A stretch of 64,000 bases of DNA from Smithellaceae bacterium (GCA_963667845.2 CAXXVL010000001.1:404148-468147); one strand, 5' to 3'; shown: positions 36,939 through 47,279, numbered from the stretch's first letter. The notes: generated from the letters alone by a model not told the origin. A program made the numbers and translations.

Positions 36939-38189
36939 ATGGAATTGCTCATCGAATGTGTTGTCAAGTTGGTTACATATATTATTGCGGCAGCAATTGT
37001 TGCCGGTATTCTTAGATATTTTTTCGGGAAAACGCTGGTCGTCAAATTATTTATCATGCTGGTGCCCGGGATCATCCTGGTCATCCTGGCGGGATACATT
37101 GCCGGCCGGATGGTGGGCACCGACGCCCTATGGCCAAAATTTATTGTCGTGGCTGGAATGCTGGTGATGGTCGTCAACTTCGTTGTCGTGGGGAAAAGGT
37201 TGATTGCGCAAATCCAGCAGATTGCCGACGAGATCCATGAATCGACCATTGAAATCAATGTCGCGGCAACCCGTGTGTCCGGTGCGACGTTGTCTTTGGC
37301 GGAAGCGGCATCCTCGCAGGCGTCGGCCATCGAGGAGACGTCTTCATCGCTGGAAGAGATGTCCGCAATGACAAAAGGAAATGCCGATAACGCCAACCAG
37401 GCCGATGGTCTTATGAAACAGACCAATCAAATCATTAACAAGGCCAACACCTCCATGGACGAGCTGACACGGTCGATGGGAGAAATATCCGGAGCCAGTT
37501 TGCAGACATCCAAGATCATCAAGACCATAGACGAGATTGCTTTTCAAACCAATCTGCTGGCTTTGAATGCCGCCGTGGAAGCGGCGCGGGCAGGAGAGGC
37601 CGGCGCCGGTTTTGCCGTGGTTGCAGATGAGGTTCGGAATCTTGCGATGCGGTCGGCCGAGGCCGCGAAAAACACATCAGGCCTGATAGAGGGTACGGTA
37701 AAAAAGATAAAGGATGGCTCTGATCTGGTCGTCAAGACAAGCGAAGCATTCGCCGAGGTGGCAGTCAGTATCTCCAAGGTAGGTGAACTGGTCAGTGAGA
37801 TTTCCGCCGCATCCCGGGAGCAGTCCCAGGGGATCCATCAGATCGACAAGGCTGTCGCCGATCTTGACAGGGTCACCCAGGAGAATGCCGCGACGGCTGA
37901 AGGGTCCGCCAGCTCCGCCGAGGAGTTGACCGCTCAATCGACGCAGATGAAAGGGATTGTCAGACGACTGGTCATGATTATCCAGGGCCAGGCCGAGGAG
38001 ACGAAGGAATTTTCATCACTGTCCCGGACGCGGGTGCCGCCGCGGGCCGCCGCCGCCATAGCCCCCAGGGCTTCCGTTAAAATCTTACCCGCCGTTACAA
38101 AAAAGAAAACGCCCGGCCCGGTTTTGCCCCGTAAAAAGCGATCGGAAGAGATTATTCCCTTTGAGCAAGATGAGTTCAGGGATTTCTAG
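36939..38189 (+). CDS. Methyl-accepting chemotaxis protein (short membrane-bound sensor module)
   Basis: Hydrophobic N-terminal helices, then the highly conserved signalling hairpin [40 protein letters not shown]. Confidence 0.92.
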   Translation: MELLIECVVKLVTYIIAAAIVAGILRYFFGKTLVVKLFIMLVPGIILVILAGYIAGRMVGTDALWPKFIVVAGMLVMVVNFVVVGKRLIAQIQQIADEIHESTIEINVAATRVSGATLSLAEAASSQASAIEETSSSLEEMSAMTKGNADNANQADGLMKQTNQIINKANTSMDELTRSMGEISGASLQTSKIIKTIDEIAFQTNLLALNAAVEAARAGEAGAGFAVVADEVRNLAMRSAEAAKNTSGLIEGTVKKIKDGSDLVVKTSEAFAEVAVSISKVGELVSEISAASREQSQGIHQIDKAVADLDRVTQENAATAEGSASSAEELTAQSTQMKGIVRRLVMIIQGQAEETKEFSSLSRTRVPPRAAAAIAPRASVKILPAVTKKKTPGPVLPRKKRSEEIIPFEQDEFRDF

Positions 38190-38229
38190 TCCATCGGAAA
38201 CGAAAGAGAATTCCTGGCGAATAAGTTTT

Positions 38230-38324
38230 AATCAACCACCTCGCGGGAAGCTCGCGAGGTAGGAAATGAATGCCATTATTTCGCAGCAAGCTGCGGAGAA
38301 CGCTCGTCCCGCGTGAGCGGGATT
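38230..38324 (-). repeat. REP-A copy 3
   Basis: The reverse complement aligns with copy 1 end to end. Its last nucleotides overlap the stop codon of the 38323-38865 gene. Confidence 0.9.
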
Positions 38325-38865
38325 AAGTCCAGGTGAGACGCATTGACGTCTCGGGATGTCCTTCCCAGCTTTTGGTTAAGAACGTGAATTTAATATTTTT
38401 TGCTCCGCATAATTCCAGCCCTTGTTCCAACCATCCCTGAATAAAGTAATGGAGCGGGATGCACCGTGTGTTGAAGTCTATCAATTTGAATAGAACCTGG
38501 TTCGTTCCCTCCACAGTGGCTTCCACCCTTCCCAAATCGTAGAAGCGCTTGTGAACCATCCCGTATGTATTGACAAACTTAATCGGATCCTGCCCGTCTA
38601 CAAAAGAGGCATAAATACCGGTCATGGCAGTTTTGCATTCTTCCCGGCCCCAACTTTTGGCGACATCGGGGTTACTTTTTGCCGTAACTTCAAAAACGGC
38701 GGTGATGCAATTTTCATAGGTTTCAAAGGGATACCAACCGCCGGGCAAAATCTTGTTGCCGAGCAGCGCGCGGTCTTTATCTGTCAGATATTTATTGAAA
38801 GCACCGCTCTTGTCATGTTTGATCGCCTTTACCAGACTAATAAAAATAGAGCCTTTTACATTCAT
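38323..38865 (-). CDS. Hypothetical protein (possibly DUF2378/TIGR02265-like; weak)
   Basis: 180-aa ORF with GGGAG RBS. MNVKGSIFISLVKAIK...GWYPFETY pattern. No catalytic motif recognised. Confidence 0.55.
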   Translation of the reverse strand: MNVKGSIFISLVKAIKHDKSGAFNKYLTDKDRALLGNKILPGGWYPFETYENCITAVFEVTAKSNPDVAKSWGREECKTAMTGIYASFVDGQDPIKFVNTYGMVHKRFYDLGRVEATVEGTNQVLFKLIDFNTRCIPLHYFIQGWLEQGLELCGAKNIKFTFLTKSWEGHPETSMRLTWT

Positions 38866-39112
38866 GATCTGTACTCCCGAAGTTTATTATTTGAGGCTGT
38901 CTGCATCAGGTTTCCGGATACGCTTTCTTCTTAAACATAAAATGTTAGATGCTCGATAATATATTAGAATGATCTTTAAATCAAGAATAAGGAGCTCGAT
39001 ATTATTGACGATTAAATTTTACAGCGAGGGGTGAGGACGGCTTCAACATATTTAAGTATCAGTGAGCGGGTGCTGCCCTCGTGATTTTCGGCCCGCCCTT
39101 CTCCTTCCCGGT

Positions 39113-40633
39113 CTATGGACTTAAACTCAATTCAGTCAGGTAGCCCCCGTGGGAGAGATAATAGATCACGCCGTCAAAACCGGGTGTGATGGGAAGCCCT
39201 GCGCCCTGAGGGATGGCGGGGCTTCTGGCCAGTTCTTTTCCCGTTTGGGCATCGCGCCAGACAACCCGGACGGTGGTGAGAGACGGAAAGTTACCGTCTT
39301 CAAGAACAAAAGTTCTGTTCTCCTTCGGGCCCTTGAGGGCGCTGAAGCTCAGCGACCGCTGTTTGACTTTCCAGGCCGCGGAAAAACCTTTTTCAGGATC
39401 AAAATTAACGGCTGCCAGACGGCCTTCCAGAAAGTCGCAGGTATAAATCCGCTTGTTCGCCACATCGACGGTCGGAAGGCTCCATTGCAGAGAACCCGGC
39501 AATATCCGATCTCCGGCAAAAGGCTCTATACGAAATATTCTGGAGGCGTCCGCCTGGGAAACGGCGGTGAGCGATATTAAACCCGCGGCAATCTGAAAAT
39601 TGGTCTGAACAACAACGTAATCTCCAAAAACAGCGGGCGCCGTCGCCGGCTTTTGCCCTTCCGGGCAGTAAGGGACTGGACCCCATCCCGCATCGAGGAT
39701 CAGCGATTGACCGCGATACCGGTAGCGGAAGAGATTTTTGAATCCGGAGACGTAAATATATTCCTTTTGACGGTATAGGCCCGCTGTGATGCGCCCCAGT
39801 ACCGGTTCCTTTACTTCTATGGACGAAACCCGCCTGAGGGCTACGGGCTCCAGCACGGAAATGGTTGAGGGCACGCTGTCGTCAAAATGAAACAGCAATG
39901 CGTTGATGGAATCGGCCCGGGACCCTTTTTTCCTGGTGAGGGACTTGACGATCAGGCTTCCGTCCGAAAGGATGCTGAAGCCGTTATAAGCGGTATCGCC
40001 GGACTCCCGTCCGGCAGGCGTCGGCAATTTTACTTTTTTGAGAATTTGACCTGACTGCGGATCAAGCTTTGCCATCGTGTAGCCGTTCACAACATAGACA
40101 AAGCCGTTTGCGTGAATACCGATGGCCCCCGGATAATCCCAGTCTCCGTTTGTTTTAGCGTTATGGATCCGGGTTCGCCACAAAACTTTCAAGGTAAAGG
40201 CATCAAGCTTGGCGACATAGGGACCGGTTGCGCATTTTTCGCCGTCGGCTTCACACTGATCGGTGGATTGTGTGCCTCCAAGGACGAAAAGCTCACCGCG
40301 ATTTCTGGTGACGACGTTATAAATGCCGGGCAGCCCCCCGATGGTTCTGGCCTTAACGGTCATCGGGCCGGATGGGGCGATTTCATTCACGGTGCATGTG
40401 TCGGGGAAGGTATGGGTTCTATCCGAATCAAATGCTTCACAGGGCGCGACCGTGCGATACCACGCACCATCCGTCGGTCCAGGCTTGAGCGCTGAAGATC
40501 GGAGGCATCTGTCTGTTTGGTGCCATGCTTCTCCGGTATTGATGTTTTCGACGTTTCTGTTTACATCGTGGATGATATATAAGACCGGAACGGCAATGAC
40601 GATTATCAATATAATGATTACGGCTCGTTTCAT
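39113..40633 (-). CDS. Hypothetical N-terminally anchored protein, probably beta-propeller fold
   Basis: GAAGGA RBS, ATG at 40633, single N-terminal helix (AVIIILIIVIAVPVLYII). Repetitive beta-strand-rich sequence (GFVYVVNGYTMAKLDPQSGQIL...). Confidence 0.6.
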   Translation of the reverse strand: MKRAVIIILIIVIAVPVLYIIHDVNRNVENINTGEAWHQTDRCLRSSALKPGPTDGAWYRTVAPCEAFDSDRTHTFPDTCTVNEIAPSGPMTVKARTIGGLPGIYNVVTRNRGELFVLGGTQSTDQCEADGEKCATGPYVAKLDAFTLKVLWRTRIHNAKTNGDWDYPGAIGIHANGFVYVVNGYTMAKLDPQSGQILKKVKLPTPAGRESGDTAYNGFSILSDGSLIVKSLTRKKGSRADSINALLFHFDDSVPSTISVLEPVALRRVSSIEVKEPVLGRITAGLYRQKEYIYVSGFKNLFRYRYRGQSLILDAGWGPVPYCPEGQKPATAPAVFGDYVVVQTNFQIAAGLISLTAVSQADASRIFRIEPFAGDRILPGSLQWSLPTVDVANKRIYTCDFLEGRLAAVNFDPEKGFSAAWKVKQRSLSFSALKGPKENRTFVLEDGNFPSLTTVRVVWRDAQTGKELARSPAIPQGAGLPITPGFDGVIYYLSHGGYLTELSLSP

Positions 40634-41081
40634 GGTAGATCCTTCCTCGCTGCCGGAAGAGAAGCTGATACTCATTCACTTTCACAAGAATACAGGCTGC
40701 GGCGCCCACAGAATTCCAAGGTGATCAAACTGACCGCGGCACGCGAATCGTCAACTGACCGGCAGGAAAAGGGACGTTTTACAGGATGACGATATGCGCT
40801 TCCCCGTCAGTGACAACGAGCTCATTTGCCGGACAGACGCGCAATTGTCTTGTATCACGCCGCGGGTGAGAAAATCCATATCAACTATAAAGTAATCAGT
40901 TGGAATCTTCCGGACGTCTTTACAGGTCATCGTCTTTCTCTTTGAAAAGAACATTTTCCATCAGCCGCCGGATCGAGACGCTGACATGACCGTTTGTTCA
41001 TTGACAGGGAGAGATGGCTTGATTATAGTGTCTCCAGGCAAAGGAACGAAAGTCTCTGCCGATCACATTTAAGGAGTCACG

Positions 41082-41447
41082 ATGAAGACGATAGCGATAA
41101 TCGCGCATGACGGGAAAAAGGCGGAGATGGTTGCCTTCATCAAGGACCATCTGGAAACCCTCAAAAGATATAAAATAGTCGCCACCGGTTCCACCGGCGG
41201 TTATATAGAAAAAGCGGGTCTGGAAGTTGAAAAGAAACTCTCCGGGCCTCTGGGCGGCGATGCCCAGATCGCTTCCGATGTTGTTGAAGGGAAAATTCAC
41301 GCGGTAATTTTCCTTCGCGACCCTTTGGGAACGCACCCGCATGATCCCGACATTTTTATGCTGCTGCGGATATGCGATGTTCATAATATTCCGTTGGCAA
41401 CCAATACCGCCTCCGCGTATTTGATCATCAAGTCTTTAGAAGAGTGA
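41082..41447 (+). CDS. mgsA: Methylglyoxal synthase
   Basis: MKTIAIIAHDGKK...ATGSTGG...GPLGGDAQI...VIFLRDPLGTHPHDPDI...CDVHNIPLATN, the full set of MgsA motifs. Confidence 0.93.
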   Translation: MKTIAIIAHDGKKAEMVAFIKDHLETLKRYKIVATGSTGGYIEKAGLEVEKKLSGPLGGDAQIASDVVEGKIHAVIFLRDPLGTHPHDPDIFMLLRICDVHNIPLATNTASAYLIIKSLEE

Positions 41448-41583
41448 TTCTGCCGGTATGTTGACCGTTTTTATATGCCAGGCGGGCAATCAGGACGGCG
41501 TTTGAATTTCCGAACACGCAGGGGGCATGTAAGTAAAACGATTCCCGGCGCGATCCGATCCTCCGGCGAAGGATGTTCCAGTA

Positions 41584-42297
41584 GTGAAGACATTGCATTT
41601 TACATCGATCTGTTTATCTTTGGTCCTTTTCCTTCTGTTGCCGAACCCGGGCCATGCCGCCGGGATTTCTCCGGAAGAATCCGACCGGATCATCAAAGGA
41701 ATGTACAGCAGGTATATTCCGATCTACTTGAAATACCGCGGCGTGGAATCGACCAGCAAAAACATCAGCCGCGAATATGATGCCAGGACCAATGCCCTGA
41801 AAAGCACCACGGAAGTCACGCTGCACAGAAAAGACTATTTCTATGAGGATCCGGAAGTTAAGGCATTGTCCTTCCGAAAAGACGGCAGAGACAGAGACCC
41901 GTCCGATTACCGTTCGCGGGATTCAAAACCGGGTTATCTTGTCTTTGACCGAAAAGGCGCCGAGCATTACACGTTAAAAATTGTCGACAGGAAAGTGATC
42001 GGCAAAAGGGAATGCTACCGGATCGTCGTTACACCGAAAAAGGCAACGGCGAGGCATTTCAAGGGAGAGATCTACTGTGCGGTCGATACGCTGGATGTTG
42101 TGCATACGGCCGGTGGGGCGGGGGATCTGGAATTTCCGATCAAGCATTTCTGGGCGGCATTCGACTTTACGCAGGTCAACAAAGTCCCCGTGGTGCAATC
42201 CGGTACGATAAAAATTCAGGTGGATGTTCCGGTTGTCTACCCCGATACTTTGATCGTAACCGATATCGACATTGTTGAATCCCGACTTATCGAGTAG
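41584..42297 (+). CDS. Hypothetical exported protein (possibly LolA-like beta-barrel fold)
   Basis: GTG start, signal peptide SICLSLVLFLLLPNPGHA. No known motif. Confidence 0.55.
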   Translation: MKTLHFTSICLSLVLFLLLPNPGHAAGISPEESDRIIKGMYSRYIPIYLKYRGVESTSKNISREYDARTNALKSTTEVTLHRKDYFYEDPEVKALSFRKDGRDRDPSDYRSRDSKPGYLVFDRKGAEHYTLKIVDRKVIGKRECYRIVVTPKKATARHFKGEIYCAVDTLDVVHTAGGAGDLEFPIKHFWAAFDFTQVNKVPVVQSGTIKIQVDVPVVYPDTLIVTDIDIVESRLIE

Positions 42298-42428
42298 TCG
42301 ATACGATGCGGTGCTCAAATCCCCGGGGCACCGCTTGAGAAAGGGCTTTCGTCTCGGAAGAGAAAGAGCGTGCATTTGAAGATCGAACCCATGACGATAT
42401 CATTATACAAAAAGGAAGGATCACAACG

Positions 42429-42830
42429 ATGAAAAAGACATTGAAAGAAAAAGCATTCCCGGTGTTTTTCGCAATAACGATCAGTATTCTCGGCTCGGGA
42501 TTTTTCGATGCTGATGCTTTTGACAGAACGATTTGCAACAGCAATCACTCCGCACTGATGATTGCCTGCCATAATCAAGCAGGCAATTATGGATGGGGCA
42601 GCGGAAGTGCAAAGCAATCATTCGATGGTGGCTGCGATCAGGCGGCAGTGACTATTGTGAATCGGTGTTATAGTGAAACAGTTTGCGGCACATTCAGGTC
42701 ATTTCTGAGTGATCTGGGAAGTTCGTGCAATTCCCTGGCGCATGCGGCAAAGAAAGACGGGTGTTATGAAATGCGCACCCAGTGGATCAATTTGTATGAC
42801 GGGAAAAATTTCTCCCCTTGCGTGCAATAG
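42429..42830 (+). CDS. Hypothetical exported Cys-rich protein
   Basis: AAGGAAGGA RBS, N-terminal hydrophobic segment, about 9 Cys. Confidence 0.55.
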   Translation: MKKTLKEKAFPVFFAITISILGSGFFDADAFDRTICNSNHSALMIACHNQAGNYGWGSGSAKQSFDGGCDQAAVTIVNRCYSETVCGTFRSFLSDLGSSCNSLAHAAKKDGCYEMRTQWINLYDGKNFSPCVQ

Positions 42831-42990
42831 TAAAGGGTTTGTTTTTGCGCGTCACTTGAAATACAATGCGCCGTGCGGCAGGAAAAGAAGACGGAAACTC
42901 AAAGCCGGAAGTGACTAAAAATCTAAACAGCCATTGACCCGGCAGTTCGCCCGGTCAATCCGTATGAACCATTTTAGAGCAAAGAAATCC

Positions 42991-43500
42991 ATGCTAAATA
43001 AATTCCAGTTCCGAATCGCATTATTGACAATCCTCATCGTCTCATTTCCCTTCATTTGTTTCTCGGAAGAGCCCAATCCGAAAGTCTGGGAGCCGATGGG
43101 CCGTCAATTGTACTACAATAAAAAAATCATCACGGAATCATCGGGTCTGCTGCTGGTCTGGACATACAGGACCGTGACGAATGAAAACAGGGCAAAGAGA
43201 ATCGAAGAAGTAAAGAAATACGATCCGGGAAAATCCATCGCCTATCAGAAATATCACCATGAATGTTTCCTGTGGGAGATCGATTGCGGCAATAGAAGGA
43301 TCAAAACGAAAGAGTACATCGATTTCGACACAGACGGAAAGGCGATTGACCGCTACCGGTACGATAACGGTGAATGGGAAAGCGTCATCGCCGGAAGCGG
43401 CGCGGAGCGGTTATATCAAAATGCCTGCAGTCCCCCCAAGCCCCAGAAGCCCCAGAAACAGAAACCGAAACCGAAGAAACCATCCGGAAAGAGGAAGTGA
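42991..43500 (+). CDS. Hypothetical exported protein with Lys/Pro-rich C-terminal tail
   Basis: Signal-like IALLTILIVSFPFICFS, motif WEIDCGNRRIK, tail PPKPQKPQKQKPKPKKPSGKRK. Paralogous to the next gene. The ORF is open from 42934. Confidence 0.55.
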   Translation: MLNKFQFRIALLTILIVSFPFICFSEEPNPKVWEPMGRQLYYNKKIITESSGLLLVWTYRTVTNENRAKRIEEVKKYDPGKSIAYQKYHHECFLWEIDCGNRRIKTKEYIDFDTDGKAIDRYRYDNGEWESVIAGSGAERLYQNACSPPKPQKPQKQKPKPKKPSGKRK

Positions 43501-43553
43501 TTCCGGATTTCATTTGCCGGTATGACGAACTATTTGTTAAAACAGGAACAGGT

Positions 43554-43985
43554 ATGAAGAAGATCAGGTCAATTGTTTTGTCGTTTCTCATTTCCTTTTT
43601 ATTTGCCGGCCCGGTGATGGCTTCGGATGATTGGGAGAAGAACTACACGGACGCAAACGGGGATGTTGTTTTATACAAGATAGAACGCAGAGACACGGAT
43701 TCGGTCCAGGTTTGGGGGAAACGGATTTTTTCCGCTATCGGCAGGCAGGAGTTTCTCCGGGACAGGCAAGAGAATGGATTCTCAACAAAAGGATGGGAGA
43801 CGCTCGGACATTTTACGTCTCTCTATGAGATCAATTGCCCGAAAAGATTGGGCCGGCTGTTATCCGTCGTCATTTACGATGCGGACGGCAAAATCGTCTA
43901 TGCCGACTCTTTTGGCGAACCCGATTGGGATGAGATTCTTCCCAATACGGTTGGCGATACTCTGCAAAAGAAAGTCTGTAAATAA
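43554..43985 (+). CDS. Hypothetical exported protein, paralog of 42991-43500
   Basis: Signal MKKIRSIVLSFLISFLFAGPVMA. Shares with the preceding gene the pattern W...Y....V.VW......YEINC..R and a D.DGK..Y region. Confidence 0.55.
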   Translation: MKKIRSIVLSFLISFLFAGPVMASDDWEKNYTDANGDVVLYKIERRDTDSVQVWGKRIFSAIGRQEFLRDRQENGFSTKGWETLGHFTSLYEINCPKRLGRLLSVVIYDADGKIVYADSFGEPDWDEILPNTVGDTLQKKVCK

Positions 43986-44058
43986 ATCAAAGATACAAAT
44001 TGTTGTTTGTTTTTAGCGCTCATTTGAAATACAATACGTTTATATGAGGAGGAATCTT

Positions 44059-44931
44059 ATGGATCAGCTAAGATCGTATCGTTCTTTCGTGAGTTACATC
44101 GACCGCAGCCGGGAGTATTATGCTGCGCAGGGCTATGAAAAACCCTATGCCTGGCCGCACTATGACCATGTTCCCTTTACACCCCTCCCCAAACAGCTTG
44201 ACCAATGCCGTATCGGACTGGTCACGACCGCCGGCAAACCCAAGCCCGCAGGACCGATGGCGGCCATATTGTATCGCCGGGAGATGTACGCCGAACCGGC
44301 CGTCCCGCCGCCTGCCGCGCTTTATACCGACGATCTGTTCTGGGATAAGCAGGCGACGCATACGAGGGATGTGGATAGCTTTCTTCCGTTGAACCGGTTA
44401 GCGGAGTATGCCCAAAGCGGCCGGATCGGATCGGCGTCGCCCCGGTTTTACGGCGTGCCCACCGATTACAGTCAGCCCAGGACTATTGATCTCTATGGCC
44501 CCCAGATCCTCAAATGGTGCCGCGAAGACGGAGTTGATGCGGTCGTCCTTTTTGCGCTTTGACCGGTTTGCCACCAGACCGTGAGTCTGGTCGCCCGTCA
44601 CCTGGAAGCGGGAGGAATTGCGACCGTCGTGGTGGGCTCAGCGCGGGACATCGTCGAAGAGTGCGGGGTTGCAAGGTTTGTGTTTACCGATTTTCCGCTG
44701 GGGAATCCCTGCGGGAAACCGGGGGATGCCGGAATGCAGCGGTCGATCCTGGGAACCGCGCTTGATCTCCTTGCCGGGGCCTGGATGACGCGCACCACAA
44801 TTCAGACGCCTTATCAGTGGCCAAGCGATGAATGGCGCGACGGCTTCATGAGAGTTGACGATTCCAATCGCGAGGCCCTGGCCCGTGCCGGACGGGAACG
44901 CCGCGAGTTGCAGGCCAAAATGAAGAAATAG
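44059..44931 (+). CDS. GrdB/PrdB-family reductase-like selenoprotein (in-frame UGA at 44560-44562), orphan
   Basis: ORFs 44044-44562 and 44581-44931 share one frame and are separated only by TGA. The recoded site reads VVLFAL-U-PVCHQTVSLVARHLEAGGIATVVVGS, i.e. a U-x-x-C redox motif followed by a GrdB/PrdB-like segment. GAGGAGG RBS before ATG 44059. Confidence 0.7.
44573..44591 (+). promoter_or_regulatory. Candidate SECIS hairpin for the GrdB-like gene
   Basis: A-CCAGAC-CGTGA-GTCTGG-T: 7-bp stem, 5-nt loop containing GU, starting 13 nt after the U of UGA. Confidence 0.5.
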
Positions 44932-45225
44932 CTTTTCAGCGGTTTCCGATCCGGGCGATTCCGCCGGAATCGAATTTCGTCACCCCGGGCGGGCGAAGCG
45001 CGACCGGTATCCGGTATATTCATGACCACCGGATGCAAGCCGCGCCGACATGACGGCCCCGATGAAGATTTGATTATCACACCAAGACGCCAGGTTCGGC
45101 CTGACGTTCGGGCAAGCTTCAAAGCAGCAACGGCTAAACGGCCGGGAATGTCACGATCAGGATTCGTCAATACGTTACAAAGCCACTCGTCAGGAAAATG
45201 ATTAAGCGACAGGAGGGATACAACG

Positions 45226-45720
45226 ATGAAGCGGTATCACGATACGGCACGGAAGGTTCTGTTATTTGTTCTGATCGGCCTAACCATTCTATTGATCAAC
45301 ACGGAGGTATGTATGGCAAAAGAATTTGATGCGTCTCTCAATGTCATGGGCTACGACCGGAATGTCACCGTAAAAATCAACGGGGTTCAATTGAGCCGGA
45401 TTACCGGCGGGCAGTCGCAATCCGCCAGACTTTTTCTCGCCGATGACCCCCTGCTGAAAACGCTGCCGCAGGAGAGGCAGGAAAAAATGAAAGAGCTTTT
45501 TTGTCTGAAGAAAGGCGAGAACATCATCGAGATCAGTTTCAGTGAAAAGGGCCAGCCCAAGTCGCCGTCGCAGTTTACCGTCAGCATCGATTCCAGCAAC
45601 TACAAAGTGCCCGTGCTGAAATACGAGAAGGGACCCAATGTCAAGGAAGGAAAGACCAAAGGCATATTTACGATACTCATTGATCAGCCGGCGGGATTTA
45701 AAACGGTCATTCTGCAATAG
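45226..45720 (+). CDS. Hypothetical exported protein
   Basis: AGGAGGG RBS, N-terminal hydrophobic segment VLLFVLIGLTILLINTEVCMA. No family recognised. Confidence 0.55.
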   Translation: MKRYHDTARKVLLFVLIGLTILLINTEVCMAKEFDASLNVMGYDRNVTVKINGVQLSRITGGQSQSARLFLADDPLLKTLPQERQEKMKELFCLKKGENIIEISFSEKGQPKSPSQFTVSIDSSNYKVPVLKYEKGPNVKEGKTKGIFTILIDQPAGFKTVILQ

Positions 45721-45864
45721 GAGTTCGTAAGCCCGCGCGTCCGCGGGAATCACGGATACAGAGGGGCAGCGGCCCCTCTTTCCGATCGAGAATGAGCCGC
45801 TTGGCGCTCTCCTGATGTTTAACGGATCCAACTTACTCGTCGCGTTGATTCGGGGTGCAGGCAA

Positions 45865-46959
45865 ATGTTTGGAAAACTTCTGGCTTTCTTCTTTTCTTTT
45901 TTCGGGGTGATTCTGGCCATTCCGCTCATCGTGGCAATCGCCGTGCTCGCCTTTAAATTCGATCTGCGCTCCTTTATGACCCTGCATCCCCTCGGCTCCG
46001 CGATCATTGCCGCCGGGTATGCCTTCATCTGGGTCGTCGCGTTCTTCGCCCTGCAGGATTTTTTTATTGTCTGGAAGCCGGATGCGCGCACCGCTCCCGT
46101 CGGCAAAAAAGAATTGATCGATAAACTGGAGCGCTCTTTTAAGCGAGATTTTGAGGGGAAACCCCTTTTCGATGTTTTTCGTTCCGACGACGACCGGCTG
46201 GCCATCACGTGGTCGCAATCGATCAGCTATTTTCAGGTTACGGCGGGCGGCCGGATAGGAAAGAAGCGCGTTATCGTGCTCAGCTTCGACGAGCCCGGGC
46301 ATGAGGCTTCTTTCATCATGAAAGAAAAGGACTGGCGATGGTCGCTCTCGGCGAAGCGCTTCGATTTTTCCATGAGCTATTCGGCGGGCATCTTTGCCGA
46401 AATTTCTACGGACGTCGCGCCCTCGGTGACCTTTGACAAAGACGGCGGCTTTTCCATCGATTTGAAAAAGCTGTCCTATGATTACCGGGATCTTTGGGTA
46501 CCCATCGAGAAGACGCTGCTTGCAGCGGGCTGGACCATCCGGGGCGGCATGCTTCCCGGCTGGGGGTACCGGCTGGCGATCGCCGCACCGTTTGCTGTTT
46601 TAATGTTTGCGCTTTTTTTTCTTGTCCTGAGGAGCGCTCCCGCTCTGCCTGCTGCAGCGCCGGCAAACGCTCCCGCGAAAGAGACGGCAGCGGCCGATCG
46701 GGACTCCTATAAACGAAGTGAAGCCGAGCAGATTATTGCGTCGGGCAAACTGAAGTCGGCCTACCAGATTGAAATTGCGCTTGCCGGTTTGATGAAAGTG
46801 CCCAAAGATTATTTCGGCGACTATGAACACGCCTTTATCGCGTACGCCAGGGTTTATCAGGAAAAAGCGGACAAGAAGCCTGAATTCGTTGCCCGATTGG
46901 ATGCATTTGCGAAGGATTACGGAGTCGACCCGAAGACTTACGAATCGCCGGGGAAATAG
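45865..46959 (+). CDS. Hypothetical membrane protein
   Basis: Two N-terminal and one central hydrophobic helices and an Ala/Pro-rich linker. No family recognised. Confidence 0.55.
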   Translation: MFGKLLAFFFSFFGVILAIPLIVAIAVLAFKFDLRSFMTLHPLGSAIIAAGYAFIWVVAFFALQDFFIVWKPDARTAPVGKKELIDKLERSFKRDFEGKPLFDVFRSDDDRLAITWSQSISYFQVTAGGRIGKKRVIVLSFDEPGHEASFIMKEKDWRWSLSAKRFDFSMSYSAGIFAEISTDVAPSVTFDKDGGFSIDLKKLSYDYRDLWVPIEKTLLAAGWTIRGGMLPGWGYRLAIAAPFAVLMFALFFLVLRSAPALPAAAPANAPAKETAAADRDSYKRSEAEQIIASGKLKSAYQIEIALAGLMKVPKDYFGDYEHAFIAYARVYQEKADKKPEFVARLDAFAKDYGVDPKTYESPGK

Positions 46960-47185
46960 CGCCATGAGTGAGGATTCGCCTTCTATCGAGGATAACCCGG
47001 GAGATTGCGCTATAGATCAATGTGCTGAAGTGTCTCTGCGGGAGGAGCCTGAATATTCGCGGCACGTCTTGTTCGGAATGTGTCCGGCTGGAATGCGTTA
47101 AAGATGAGAAAAGCGGTAATCAACGCGACCAGGACGACACCTATGATTCGCAACATACTCTTTCCTCATCATCTCCATCGTTCCT

Positions 47186-47279
47186 GCACCTCGCAGCAAG
47201 CTGTCGAGGTATGAAATGGACGTCATTATTTCGCAGCATGCGACAGGGAATTTACGCTCGTCCCCTGGTGAGCGGGATT
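47186..47279 (-). repeat. REP-A copy 4
   Basis: The reverse complement GAATCCCGCTCACCAGGGGACGAGCGTAAATTCCCTGTCGCATGCTGCGAAATAATGACGTCCATTTCATACCTCGACAGCTTGCTGCGAGGTGC aligns with the other copies. Confidence 0.9.

Noticed and set aside
38266-38316. REP-A mini-ORFs (MN.IISQQA..N) as a conserved peptide gene family
   Set aside because: SD+ATG recur because the DNA is repeated. Substitutions between copies are as often non-synonymous as synonymous, and stop positions differ. This is kept only as a low-priority note within the REP-A finding.
40751-40954. 67-aa minus-strand ORF between the beta-propeller gene and mgsA
   Set aside because: No convincing RBS, no motifs, and a short length. It may be leader or promoter DNA for the 39113-40633 gene.
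41447-41780. Possible UGA read-through of mgsA into ORF 41475-41780 (same frame)
   Set aside because: MgsA is already full length at 121 aa. The downstream frame has no recognisable similarity and overlaps the real exported-protein gene starting at 41584 in another frame.
45289-46302. 337-aa minus-strand ORF spanning two plus-strand genes
   Set aside because: It has no RBS and a low-complexity translation. It overlaps two plus-strand ORFs that have good RBSs and signal or TM features.
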